From positions 62,001 through 126,000 of the forward strand of contig CAJFCJ010000002.1 of the NCBI GenBank assembly GCA_904063045.1: a stretch of DNA of 64,000 nucleotides. The letters are read 5' to 3'. The DNA comes from Dimorphilus gyrociliatus. Its lineage: Eukaryota; Animalia; Annelida. The translations under genes were made by a program, and so were the position numbers. The notes below the pieces were generated by a model. It ran no database searches, was not told the origin of the DNA, and worked only from the letters and a program-made list of their open reading frames with translations. This document shows positions 26,603 to 40,306 of the stretch, piece by piece. The stretch's first letter is position 1. Every line of letters starts with the position of its first letter.

Positions 26603-29600
26603 CTAAACTCGCACTTCATAAAATGTTTTTTTTGTAGAATTCGATCCAGAATCACTGGGTGTCGGAGCTAAAACAACAGGAATTTCGCATGATCGCTGTA
26701 GTCGATCTAAATGAATAAAAAATTTATAGATTTTTATATCTAAACAATAAATATACTTGTATCATTTGGATATAAAACTTACGATGAGGGTAGCTGTAAG
26801 TATCATTTCCGTTAACTTCAACTGTAGACGGAATATCACATACGTCATTAAGATTACTAGTCAAACACTTTTTCGTTCTTGACCATAATGAATCGTCCAA
26901 TTTTTCACTGTTTGTACAACAGTTAAATGATATAAAAATTCGATTATTGATCGAATACTTGTATTATTTTCGATAACTTACTCGATAACGACTTTTTGAC
27001 TAGGGGGTTTTCTTCTTTTAATAATTGTAAATATTACGATAATCAATAGAATGAGAACAATTGACACTGATACTATTCCAATTATTATTACTGTTCCGGT
27101 TGAAATTGCCTGTTGTTCTTCAACATCGTCGTAAACTATTAAATTGAGAATTGTAATTATATTATATTGTTTTGTTCAAGCAATATATTGAATCTTACCA
27201 AAAAGAGCTTCACTATTTGGACCACAAATACTTTTGAAATGACGAGAACAAAAAGACACTCTGATTTTCTTTGGTGAAAACTTGCTGGAAACTTTGTATG
27301 TTCCATTTCCGTGTGGAGCGCAAGTTACGAGAATTTTCCAGTCTTTTTTGTTATTAATAATATATTATTATATAATAAATTAGTTAATTAATATAAATGT
27401 TAATGTTGAAAAATGTATAGTCACCTTTTTCGTAAATTTCTACTTTGACGCATATAGCCGATGATGGAACTCTATATGATAAAATTCTCTTTGAAAAGTA
27501 GTACTCTATTCTCTGAGGTACGGGAAGTAAAAGCTCTGTAGAAATGAATTCAACTGTTTTCAAAAGCCTAATTTAATAAGAAGAAAATACGTACTTGACG
27601 TTTTAAATGTTAGAGAAGAGGTTGGAGGGCCAAATCCCATGATATTGAATGGATAAATTGTAACTTCGTAATTGTTATCTGGCTCTAACCCCGTCAAGTT
27701 GTAACGATTTTGGGTAATTTTTTCAATATGGAGAGGTAATTGGTTTGAATTTTTCTTTGTATAAACTAATTTAAATGATTGGGTTTCACCCCCGTCAAAA
27801 CCAGGTGTCCAATATAAATTGAGACTATTCCAAGTTCGGCTACTCAATTTAAAATCTTTTATTTGATTTGGTCGAGATTTTTCCTGTAAAACTACTGAAG
27901 TTTCTCCCTTTTCGTTATATTTATTAGTTGCGACACATCTATAATTTCCATAATCGAGTTTCGAAACCTTTATAATCGATAGTGAACTTTCGAACTTTTC
28001 TCCTTTACCGTTCTCTATTGATATTCGTTCTCTGTTTTAAATCAAATGATAATTAAGCAATCAGAAAGTTGTGAAATGCGTAATGAAAAACGTACTGAGG
28101 AGATAGTAGTTTGTCTCCCTTATACCACTCAACGGTGGAAGATGGAACGGAATGAACTGCACATTGTAAAACTGCTGGAATATTATCTTTGATATCTACA
28201 GCAGCGAATGGTGTTGAAGTAGTAACGATAGGAGGAACTGTAATGGAAAAGATACAAACATAATAGCTTGTTAAACTAAAATATAGTCAATTTTTTAACA
28301 ACTTACATTCAATTATGAGTTCCGTTTCGGATTGTATCTTTCCATAAGTATTGGACACAACGCAGGTATAAATACCTGCATCGGAAGGATTTAGTGTATT
28401 GTCGGCCGAGTATTCATTTATCCCCCGGTCGTAACCGTAAAATACGATACTACTGATAGTCGTCCAAAATTTATGTAATACACTATCTGTGTGAGATTCC
28501 TCTACTCTATAGAGACTATGGTAATGAGGTATTTGGATTAGATTAATGGAAATAAATCCTAATGTAATTAAAAGTACTTACTATTTATTGTCTGTGATTA
28601 ATTTACCATTCTTAAACCATTGTATTGTTGAACGAGGCGATGCATTAAATGCGCAAGATAATCTTCCAGGCTTATGACCTATATCCCACACAGTTGTTTT
28701 ATTCATAGTTATTACGGGTTCAGGGGGTCCTGCAAAGGGTAAAATAAAATAAATGTAGATGGCGTTACTAGTAAATTGTGGATTTCAAAAGATCGGGTAA
28801 AGAAGCGGGGGGGTAAAATTCCTCTGCGGGCAAAAAGCTTTCACTATTGACGGCAAGGGCGTCAAAAAGCACTCAATAAACAGCAATACTCGGAGCAATA
28901 TTACTGGTACCGTGACTGACTAGTAAAAGAGAGCGGTTCCGGCCGATTAATTCGGCACGTAATAGAAATGTTGGTTAAAATACAAGGAAAATAGTTAGAA
29001 AGAAATAAATAAACAAACTACTACCACTTGAACACGTGCGTTCTACATTAAGTCAATCAGCAGACACTTCATTAGCGGCGTGCCAAAAACGGCTAACGAC
29101 TTAGTGTATTCCTTTCTGTTTTGCTTTTGTGTAGTATGTCTTTCCCTATACTTGTTTTTAATGAAAGAGGATGTTGGATTGTAATGTGTGAATAGGGAGC
29201 GAAAAAAAACGTTGTTATCTCGTTAAACGAATTTGTGTATCTACTTTCGAAGAAAGTAACTTTTCCCTTTAAACTTTCTATTTATATTGAGCAAACTTTT
29301 TAACAGAAATAATCCGCTTTTTAAATTACTGCCGATTTATGCTGTATACTTCTATTTAGTAGAATATTTATACATGGCATATTATATAAAGAACTTTTAA
29401 AGGAAAGGAAAATATTAAGGGATTCGTGTCAATTTATATTCTATTTAGTCGCTAAACGACTCTCATCCCTTTTTTTCATCCCTTTTAAACCCTTTATTAT
29501 CTTAATGTTATCTTTTTTAGAGGTAAATATCTCTGTTCGTCAGATGCTAGCGTTAGCATCTAGTTTTAGATAAGCTGGATAAGCTGATTTCCCATTTTAT

Positions 29601-32600
29601 CGCTAAACTTTCGCCCCCGCCGTTTAAGCATTTGTAGCAATGAATGTTTCCCATAGCGTAGTATTTCCGCTGAATTTTTTGTGAACTTTAAAACTATGTT
29701 CGTTTTCCTTATCTATTTCTTCTATATTTTCTTAAATATTTCGATAAAAACTCTTAATGGGGTAACGCCTATTTTTTTACCTGCTTCTAATCTACACCTT
29801 CGTTAATTGCGACTCGCTGTAAAATTACTAGCGACTAATTAATTGTTTCGCTCGCGGCATCGCTTTGTAGTACTTCCGACGAACTCTATGGCTATATTTG
29901 TAAAATAAAGAAAACGACACGGTCACTGGTATAACGGCCAGCTTTTTAACGCTAATGTACAAAACATACACGGGGGGTTGTGTTCCACTGTCAATTGCAC
30001 AGAATTCCATATGACGTCATCATGGCAAAACAACTCTTTAATTTCCGTCTGTCACCGTCGTTCGGCCGATTTACGTAACGCAAGGGGCAGAGACGCTATA
30101 GACGCCATATGTCGAAGTGGCAGTTACGTACATACAGAAAAAGAGGGGTTAGGCGTTTGTTCAAACAAACTTTAACTCTTATACTTAATAAAATGCCGCC
30201 TTGTTTGCAAAGCGGAGGTATTAGTAAAGGAGAAAGGAAGGAAAATATGCCGACATATGCATATCTTTATAGTAAATCGCTAAAAAGAAAGATATTAAAT
30301 AAAAAAGGAACTCCTTTTGTGATATTTTTATCAGAGACGCTTGTCCATTAAAAAAGGAGAAGAAAAAACAAAAATAAAAACTTCTCGTATTACATATCGG
30401 TATTTTTGTCTATTGAATAAGGCCGCTACAACAAAGAGATTGTAATCAACAACCACCTCATAGTCTTCCTAACCAGTCGACCGAACAATGCATTGTTACG
30501 CCTATACATAATGAAGTACATGAACAAACCCCGCGGGTAAGAAATTTATGTTCAAACGGTTTTTTTCACTTTTCTCAGATTTCCCGATCCTTAACATCTT
30601 AGACCGCGGTCGGAAGAGATAAAAACTTACCTTCAACGACTAAGGCAATATTCCTAGCAGGACCGCACCCTAGGTAATTACAGCAAGCGCAATTATATGC
30701 GTTCCTATCGGCGTATTTCGTTCTTGGTATGATGTAAGAGTTTCCCCGTCCCACCGGTTTGTAAGGGTGGATTGTATACCATAAAATCGTTCCACTAGGA
30801 TTACCTCGTTCCTTTATAGTACAGCTCATATTAACCCTTTGACCTTCCCCCTTCACGACAATCTCCTTCGTTAATTCTTTAGTCGGTCCTGGCTTATCTA
30901 TAGACAAATAAAAAACGAAAAGATATAGAAAGGAAAACTTCAAGAGAGCATAAATAGGAAAAAAAATATCGGTTTAATTATTTACTGACAAATCCGATTA
31001 TAAAAGCTTCGATCCGCCCAGTTCGGCGTTAACGAACGGCTTAATAAAGTTCGTTTCGGATAATTAGTAAAATCGAACGGTTTTAAATTCTTCCAATTCC
31101 CATAGTTCACCCACCACATGGGGAAACTAGGTTTTAATCAAATAAAAAACAGGGTTACAATTGAAAAAGGGCTAAAAAAAAATGGCCCTCATTCGATCAT
31201 AATAGGCCTAAATATTTTTTTTATAGATCCCGCTGAACCCTTTCTTAAACGATAAATTTTTTTTGCGACCCCTTTCCTTATCCCTCTCAACTTTTTAAAA
31301 GAGTATAAAAAAATAAATAAATAATAAACACCAGGAATAATGAATAAATAAATAAATACGTATACAAATATTGGTGTGAATATTAATACATTTACAGAAT
31401 AGAATTCTAATTTTTCTCTCTCTGTCTCTCTGTCCCTCTCCCTCTCTCACCTCTGAAATAAACTAATAAACTTGATTGCTTGTCCAGGTGCATATATGAC
31501 GCCCGAACGTATTTGCATATTTACCGTGCGTATAGGAGTTACGACGGAGCACATGCCCGCAAAATAAATTTACTTTTCCAGGATTAAAAAGAAAATCGTT
31601 GCGATTTATCGAATAAATAAAAAATAGTGGAAGGAGGAAACATATAGATTTAGCTATAATAAAATATCGAATAAATAGTGCTTTTTTTGTTGTTGATAGG
31701 TTTTGTCCCTTTATTATCGCTACATAAACAACGAAATTAATAGGAGAAAAGTATATAAAAATATATAATATGGATCAATTATCTCAAATGCGGAAGATTC
31801 TAATATTTAGATTGGAGGCGGAGCGTGTCCACCAGGGGGATTAATGAAGGTAGGGAGCACGACCTCGGCTATGTGACACGCGCCCTTTTGCAGCTGCCGC
31901 CTTTCACATAACCTTTTCCAGTACACAGGTAGGGCATTAATAAATTACGGGTAAATGCTAGCTTAATTCCTTTTTCCATCGCCACTCTATTCTCTAAAAC
32001 TGCCCCCGTCGACACCTTCCATTTCCACCCATCTTTTTTTTAGTCTGGGAACCGCCCAAGGTTCTCTTCCCGTATTATTACGCGGGCTGAATAAAAGAAA
32101 ATTAGGAGAAAAACGTCCTACAGAAGACGTCGGGATTGGACAATACCATCAAAGTCGTTAAACGTAATAAGGCGTAAGGAGGGGGTTGAAGACCTCCTCC
32201 TAGCGTTCTTAACCTTGCCATTTTTAACTGGAGATCGCCCAATTTCAGTATTCATCCCGCCCCTACGTGACGAGAATCTTGTCACTTGGCGTGAACGGTC
32301 GTAAATACACATAGAAATATATCGCGGGTGGTCAACAGTAGCTTTTTTTTTATTAAACTATAGTTTAATAGGGCTATATAAATTACATGAAGGGGGGTGC
32401 TACTTATTCGTTGATTCCGTAATTTTACGATTTTTTATAAGTGTTCGCCCGTGCTCTTATTCAAACTCTCCCACCTGCGTTTTTATTTACGTGAGCAGAA
32501 AGACTATATTGTCGATCCTATCCTGTTCAATAGATCGTAGAGATTTTCTTCTTATCCGAGTTATTACTATTACTTTTATTGTTTCCATTAACAATATTCT

Positions 32601-35600
32601 ATTTCTCATTGTTCTCCTTTTCTACTTAGAGTTTTTTTTTTTACTAATGTTTGCGTCTCATTAGATATTGTTCGATAATTGGACGTCTAGACGCCAGGAA
32701 AACGATAAATTACTTGTCAACCGTGCAGCGTTTTTCGTGCGCTAGTTTCAATCGGATATAATCAGCGATTGTTTTTTTGTTCCATACAGTATTTTGTTTT
32801 TCTACCTGCATTTATAAATACAATAATAACAATAATACTTACAATTAACTGAATAAAAAACTAATGTTTTTCCAGATAACCTTCGAGCAGGCCCGTTTGA
32901 AGGCTTTAGAACATTTTCAGCTATGCATTGGTATTCTCCTTTATCCTTTCTTGTAACGTTTATTAAGACATTTGTCCCTTCGTATATCGACCCATTTGGG
33001 AATCGAATAAATACTCTCTCAGCGGGAGGATTAGCTTCTACTATACAAGTTAAATTTAGTGTCCAGCCCTCCTGAGACGTTCGGTTCTTAGCTGTAGGTC
33101 CCGCAAAACGGACTTTCGGCTCATCTATAGAGAAGACAACGGGCATTCAAATATACTTGTATACAGGATAAATATAGAAAAATATATTAAAGCTATTAGC
33201 GTTTATACGTTAGCAAGAGCACGTTACCGTAAAATAGCTGACAAAGGATAGACAGGGAAGGGTAGAAAGAAAAACTTACGTAATACATCCAGGTAAAGTC
33301 TCCTTCGATTTTTTCCGATGTCATTTTCTGATTCACACTCGTAGTAGCCGCTATCGGATACTGCTACACGATCCTTTTTCCATCTCAGCGGTAAACCTGC
33401 AACGGGTCAGAGGGCGGTGAAGTTGAATGAAATTAACTACTATAAATAATATATATTAAATTTTAATATAAAGAAAGCCCGTTTTTACTTTATATTCATT
33501 AAAATACTAGTTTTCTCTATAGAGACGCCGAAATCTGCCGTAGGGTTTCGTGTCAAAAGAATACAATAGGTCGAAGATAAGAATCGAAATGAGTGTTATA
33601 AATGTCCAGGTGATAAATATCAAAATTGACTTTTGCTCGCATACGATATATGCCTTAAAAAGTATTTAGCATTAAAGAAATAGGAGGAAAGAGGAGGAAT
33701 TTGAAAAGAATAGAAAATAGCGCATTTCACATATGTCGAGGGCAAAGTTGAACGGTATAATAAGAGATTACGGAACGATATTGTAAGAAATGTGAAATCA
33801 GATATTGTAGAACTAATGACTTCCCCTCCGTTTCCATTGATTACTCTTATTATTTATAGTATGATATAGAACTTTGTACGTTCCTCCAACCAAAATTATT
33901 ATCATTATATTGAAGCACGAAATTGCCCTGAAGTCTGTCGTCCATAAGCGAGGGTCTTAAAATTACCGGACTAAGGTCGTGGGATACTTTTATTGTGACA
34001 AGTAAAAAAATCAACATTACAAACATGGAAACCTCTCGGCCTACCGCCCACTGTTTTTTTTTAACCTTTTTTCGGTGCATTTGAGATTCATAAAGCAAGC
34101 AGCCTAGAAAATAATTTTCCATACCAAGTATTCACTACAATTTTAAGAAAACTCTTGAGAGATTTGATATTTTTCCATAGACGGATTGGTAAATGTTTAT
34201 CAAAGGAAATATGGTTGTAATTGAAACTGTACTGGATTTCACTACACCTGGAAATTGGTTGGAATCGGTTAGGCAAGTATTTTGTTTGAAGAGGAATTGA
34301 ATAAGCAGCCGTTTCGCGCTCTTCACGCGAGGTTCTATCGCGTCATTTTACTCTTCTCCTTTTCTCTCCCTTCTCATTCTAGATTATAACAATCAAACAC
34401 TCGAAAAACCCTATAGACATTATCCTCGTAATCCTCACCGCCCTTTTTCAAAAGGTCGAATCAGAACTGCCAACAAAACCACTGACAGTTTGTACATAAG
34501 CGCCGACTGTTTATACACGCCGCGGTACGAAAACATTAAAAGAATGGCGACTGAAAAAAGTGGAGGGAGGTGCAGAAGAAATTTATTAAAGGAACAGTTT
34601 AAAAAAAAATTGAGAATAAATATTTTAGATTCGTTTTTTAACTGTATTTCTTTCTCCTAGTCGCTTTTTTTATTTTGTCAAGCCCTCTCTCTTACATCTT
34701 AACAAAAGCAAGGAAGTTGAACTACTTCAGGGTCGGTCTTGTCTAAATCTTTGCGCAAATACCTTAGTCTTTTTGATCAGAGATGCTGTTCCGCCGCTTA
34801 GCAAATAGCCCCTTTTGGTAAATGTTAAGCGTTTACAAAATTTCCGCTTTTTAACGCCTACTTGCCACCTTTTTCCGCTAGAAGAAAATCTTTTAAAACT
34901 CCGCCCCGCCTTCCCATTTTTCTCCTCCTCTTACTCCTCATCTTTTCTTTCTCATCTTCAAATGAGAAAACTATAATTTGCTCTATTTATATTTCTTTCA
35001 TCGTCAACATGCTTTAAACCGTATTCATTATTACATTTATAACCGTCTTTTAAAGGCTGTAACATACGGCTATTTAACGATTATAAATCGTTAATAAAGC
35101 GTACAGATCGTAGTTGGTATAAATAAAAAAAAATGAAGCAATCAATTAGCGAGTAGGCATTATGCTAATTCCTTATAATCCGCCTTTTGTACGGCGGTAG
35201 AAAGGACAGCGTACAGCTGATTACGTAAGGTCTTTTTTCGGGTAATTTTATCGCCATTTTAGACGGATTATACTACCTTCGAGCAATGAGCATTGAAATT
35301 ATTTGCCATCCTACACGATTAATCCCTTGCTAAAACCGTAAACGAACAAACAAATAGAGATAGCAAAGTAAAACAATTAACCGATTAACCAGTTTCACCC
35401 CCATGTAAACAGCAATTTTTCTGAGTGATTAACCCACCTTTTCAGTTGATACGTTACGTAAAAAAAAAAAGATAAACGGTTCCACCTCCTTCCGACCTTT
35501 GACCGACAAATTTTATTATATTTATATAGATTTTTTTTTTAAATATATATATAAATGCCTTATATCGGTAAATTCACTATAAATAAATAGAGACATATAT

Positions 35601-38600
35601 AAATATATGCTCCAAGTCCTCTTCTTTTACGCTTCATTTCCTTAGTTCAGTCAGCTTTTTTTAAAAATGGCCTTCAAAATGAAAGAGAAAGCGAGCTGGA
35701 CCGACGGAATTACTGTATATATTTTAGCCTGAGGACTTATTTGAACGATTTAGTTAAAGAATTTGAGAGGGAAACTGTTAACAAGTATAAAAAATGTTAT
35801 GGACAGAGTAGAAGAGGTCTTTGGGAGGTTGGTAGGAACGTTAAAAATTATCAATAGAGGCGTTGATTAGAGGCCCAACAGCGCATTGGTTGCGTGTCGA
35901 AGTTATTCTAGTGGCACTCGAGTCTTCAATTAAGGCTTCGTTCGATCGAGTAAACAATCAACAATTTCACCAGTATACGTTATATATAAAAGTATTCTTT
36001 TTCAGGGATATAACGTTTACACTATATTTATAGATTTGGCATTGTATATATATATATATATGGGGAATAGTGTGGGAGGGGGTTGAAGAGGCGGCGGGAG
36101 ACGATTAAGATCAATCACATCGGATTTCAAGGTCGACCGATCTCTATTACAAACAATCTAACGAGTTTGTTTTTATTAAAAACTGAGTATGGCTAAGACT
36201 GGTATAGCCGTAGGCTATATAGGGGACTCGTCTTTTCCTTACAGCCTATCAATTCATCTGACATGGCCTGATATATGCTTCTGTCCCTCGAGCTATTTGT
36301 TTAAATACCCTATTCATCCGATCGGAGGCGGTCTTGGAATACTTTCTGATAATAAAAAAGCTGGTGTTGCTGAGCCCACCAACTAACTATTTACGTTATA
36401 ATTTACTAGAATACTTCGACACGCCCTCTAGTTGACACGAGTCTTATTAATGAATAGACCCAGCTGAGAGCATAAGGGATTTCAATACTCTGTTCTTCAA
36501 CACTTTCCTTTCAAAAATACAATTAAGCGTTGACATTCGAACACGACTCTTAAAAAAAGAGAGAGAGGAAACAGAGAATTAAAATATAATAGTAGTTAAA
36601 AAAAGGGAACACTTTTTGCCGTCACCCCCTACTAGTCGTTCCACCCCCTTTGCCTTCTCCTCTTCCACATTGCCTACCTTCATTCTCTATGATCTTTTTA
36701 TTCTATGAATTGTCACGTGATTCATGCGCGTGACTGGCGTTGGATTACCCGTGACGCGTCATCCGCGTATTAGCTTTCTTTTTAAGGGGCGAGGCCGTCT
36801 ATTACAAATTAACCTTTAGTGGGCAGCAGATATACCGGCCAATAACGTCGGCCCTTAACTCCTCTAATTAGAGGACGGTGAGGACGATAGGATATCGGCA
36901 CGCGAGATTGGCAAGTGTATGAAAGAAAGAGATTCTAATCATCCTTCGTTAATTGCCTCATATTCCTATTCGACGCCCTAAACTCTTTCTTTCTTTAAAA
37001 AACAAATGCCACCCTTTTTTCTCTTCTTTCTTCATCATTCAAAAAAATTTAAAAGCTTATGAATAGAAATATGCGCTATTGAACAAAGGCTATGAGAAAG
37101 AAAGTAATAAAGAAAAAATATGAACTTATATATTACTAAGTGTTTGTTTAGATAATACGAGGTGAAAGGAATTGGTAATCGATAAGAGAAAAGAGAGAGA
37201 GAGAGAGAAAGGGAGAGAGAGGGATATGATAAAAAAAAAAGACTTACCTGTATTTGTCCATTCCAGATCAGTTTTACTCGGAGAATCCTTTTTAATTTTA
37301 ATCCATTTTGTTCTCCATGAAGAAGGATTACTTTTTGTATTACATTCCAAAGTCACTCTATCATTTTCGACAACTTTAATTGAATCTTTTAAATCCCCGA
37401 AATTAATTATTGGACGGTCTGTTTGAAAGGTAAATATACAATAAAAAAAAGCGTAAGAGTTAATTTAATGTTATAAAAATGTTACACTACACAAATGAAA
37501 TTCATTAAAGGAGTCCCGTATTTTTTACAGATTGTAACATCTGTTGTAGTTTAAATTATAAAAGCTATTTATATATATAAAAAAAATAAATATCTTTTTA
37601 TCATCTTCCTCCCTCATTTTTCCCATAGTTGGACACTCTGTTAATTTGACCCATACAATTACAGGGACAGGTGTGAAAATTTCGGTAAGGAGTAGAGAAG
37701 GAGAGAAAGATAGAGAGACAAAATAACGAACATACTAAACTTTGACAGAGATTGATAGAGGAGAAATTTATTTTCACTAGCATCTTAATGAAAGGGATCT
37801 TTATGTTTTTTTTTTAAATGGGTTAGAAAGATGATATCCCCTTCTTGCAAATAAAACGTGACCGAAAGACAGCAAAATACAAAGTTGCAGCGATATTCAA
37901 GAGCTGTTTAATCAACCGCAAGAAGAAATAGCCTTCTGATATTTCCGTTCGCCCTCTAAATTATATTCTTTCTACAACATGTCACATTCTTGTAAAGCAT
38001 GCAAGACTTGAACTATACAATATCTGATTCTATTCAATTTTTCTAGAGTAGGAGGAACCTACAGTGTCGGATAACATAAGTTTGAAACGAAGGCAATCGA
38101 TACTCCTCCCAGTAAAAGGGAAGATCGACAAAAATCGGTTATATCCTTGTTTACATTATAAATATTTGCAATCGCCCCGTTTTTTCTTTCAATGTCGGCC
38201 AAAAAAAAATTCCCCTCTCCTCCTTTTATTGTCAGTTTTTTCATTGTCCTGTTAATCGTTTGGACGACACATCCCAAAACGCGTTACATTGTTATTATAT
38301 AATCATTAGAATTAATACTTACGTTTGACGTGAAGGGTTATGGAGTTCTTGACTTGAATATTACTAATCGAATTATAACTCAGGCAAGATAAGTTACTCA
38401 TATCGAATGAGTGATTGAGCGTTACGTTCCAGGTAAGCTTAGCAGTTTTAAAAGCTGCTTCCAAAGGTTCATAGAATAATTTAGGCACTTTTCGCTCTTT
38501 CCACAATAGGTTGATAGCTGGGGAAGGATTAGCACCACTAACGAGGCACGAGAACGAAACTAATTCATTCTCTTTAAGATCTTTATTCTTTGAATCTATT

Positions 38601-40271
38601 AGAATTTCGGCTGAGGATGGCGGAGCTGTTTGAAAAAGAGAAAAAGTGAAAGTCTATTATAATGAATCTCATTAATAGGCCTAGTCAATAGAAGATGCCG
38701 TAAAAAAGTGGGTCGTTGAATACTAAATGACTACCCTTTTTGTTATATACATAGGAATTATACAGTATACAAAGATGTCAACACACATTACATCGATATA
38801 TACTTAGGCCTAATACTTATTAAATGAATAAAAATTTTCTATTTACTTTACGGAAACTATAGACGTAATAAGCTAGTGAAAGAAAGAAAGAAGAGCACAT
38901 ACTCGACCGGACAAAGACGCTTCGCAGACTATAAATAGGCCGAAATAAGGAGAGTGAAGAGGACAAAAAAAGGAGAGAAATAGATAGAAAATTAGCCAAT
39001 TTTATCTACGGGTGCGTATACGTATATATATAAAAAGTATCTATAAAGTTTACGGAAATAAAAGGATAATGATTTTAAGGTCTCGCAGATGGGCGGATGA
39101 TGTAGCGTAAAATATTCTCCTCCCCTGGAATGTCGCTTTATAAGCCTCTAACTTATCGTCAAACATTCAATTACGCCATTGTCAGTCGTTCAAAAGCACC
39201 GCCAGAACCTAGAAAGCTTACGGCTCTCACCGAACTTAAGCTTCCTCTTCAAACCGTCAATGCTTTCGCGCCATAAAGCTTGATTATTTCGCACAATCGC
39301 ATTCATAAAATTTCAATAAATGAACAGTAATGGTGGCATTTTCCACCATTCAAACTTAAGTTTTTTTCTAATAAGTTCCGTCAAAAGTTTCTTTAAATAA
39401 ATTTGAAGGCAAAATTAGATACACAAAGCGTCGAAAACGGGCAGGTGTCCAACTCTCGTGTGCGCTATTGTTTTTAATTAAGGGGTCATTGTTACGTAAT
39501 AGACGCTCGTGACAGGTTACCGACTATTATCCGTTATGCTAATTAATTACTATTTACGTGTGGAAGAGAGGTACTCCGATACGATCTGACACGGGAGGAA
39601 GAAATCACTGGCTACGCTATTCAAGCGGACGGGTGGGACAGGTGATAGCCGACGGCTATCATAGACGCTTTTTTTCTTAAAAAGGGCCGAAAAGTTGTGT
39701 TAATGATGTTTTTCACCTCAGTACTCGCCTTACCTCTACTCTACTCTTCTATACACCTAATTAAATCGTGAAAACGCTCCCGGGGCTACTCATTTTAGTA
39801 TTGTTATTATTCTCATTATTATTACTACTATTTGTATTATTATCATTATTACTAATTCTGCTTTCTCTTATTCACACACTCTTCCGTAGGTGAGAGGGTA
39901 ACATTGCAGTGAATCATTTATGAGTTCTTTACTTCACTCATTAACAGGGTGATAGTTTGTCACGTGATTAAATCATCAATAATTAACGATTAAGGGAAAG
40001 CCGTGTTTACTTGAACAACACGCTTTTTAAAAAGTACCCGTCTTATAAATGAATTATGGAGCGTATATCGGTAGCAAAGAGTATTCTTTGAGAATGGTAA
40101 TCAATACAGAGATGTTATTCTTCTCCTTGTAAAACCGTTGAGATTTCATAAAATACAAAAAAGAGAGAAGGAAATCGAATAAAGTACTGGAGGCTGTTGA
40201 GGAATAGACACACAGAGAGAAAGAAAGAATTAGAGAAAGAGTGAAAGAGAACACTGAGACAGATAGCAGAC

Positions 40272-40306
<35 letters not shown>

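Noticed and set aside
36189-36386. 65-aa ORF and a 7-bp TATAGCC/GGCTATA hairpin in an ed-like intron
   Set aside because: No recognisable protein features, and the stem is too short for a pre-miRNA.
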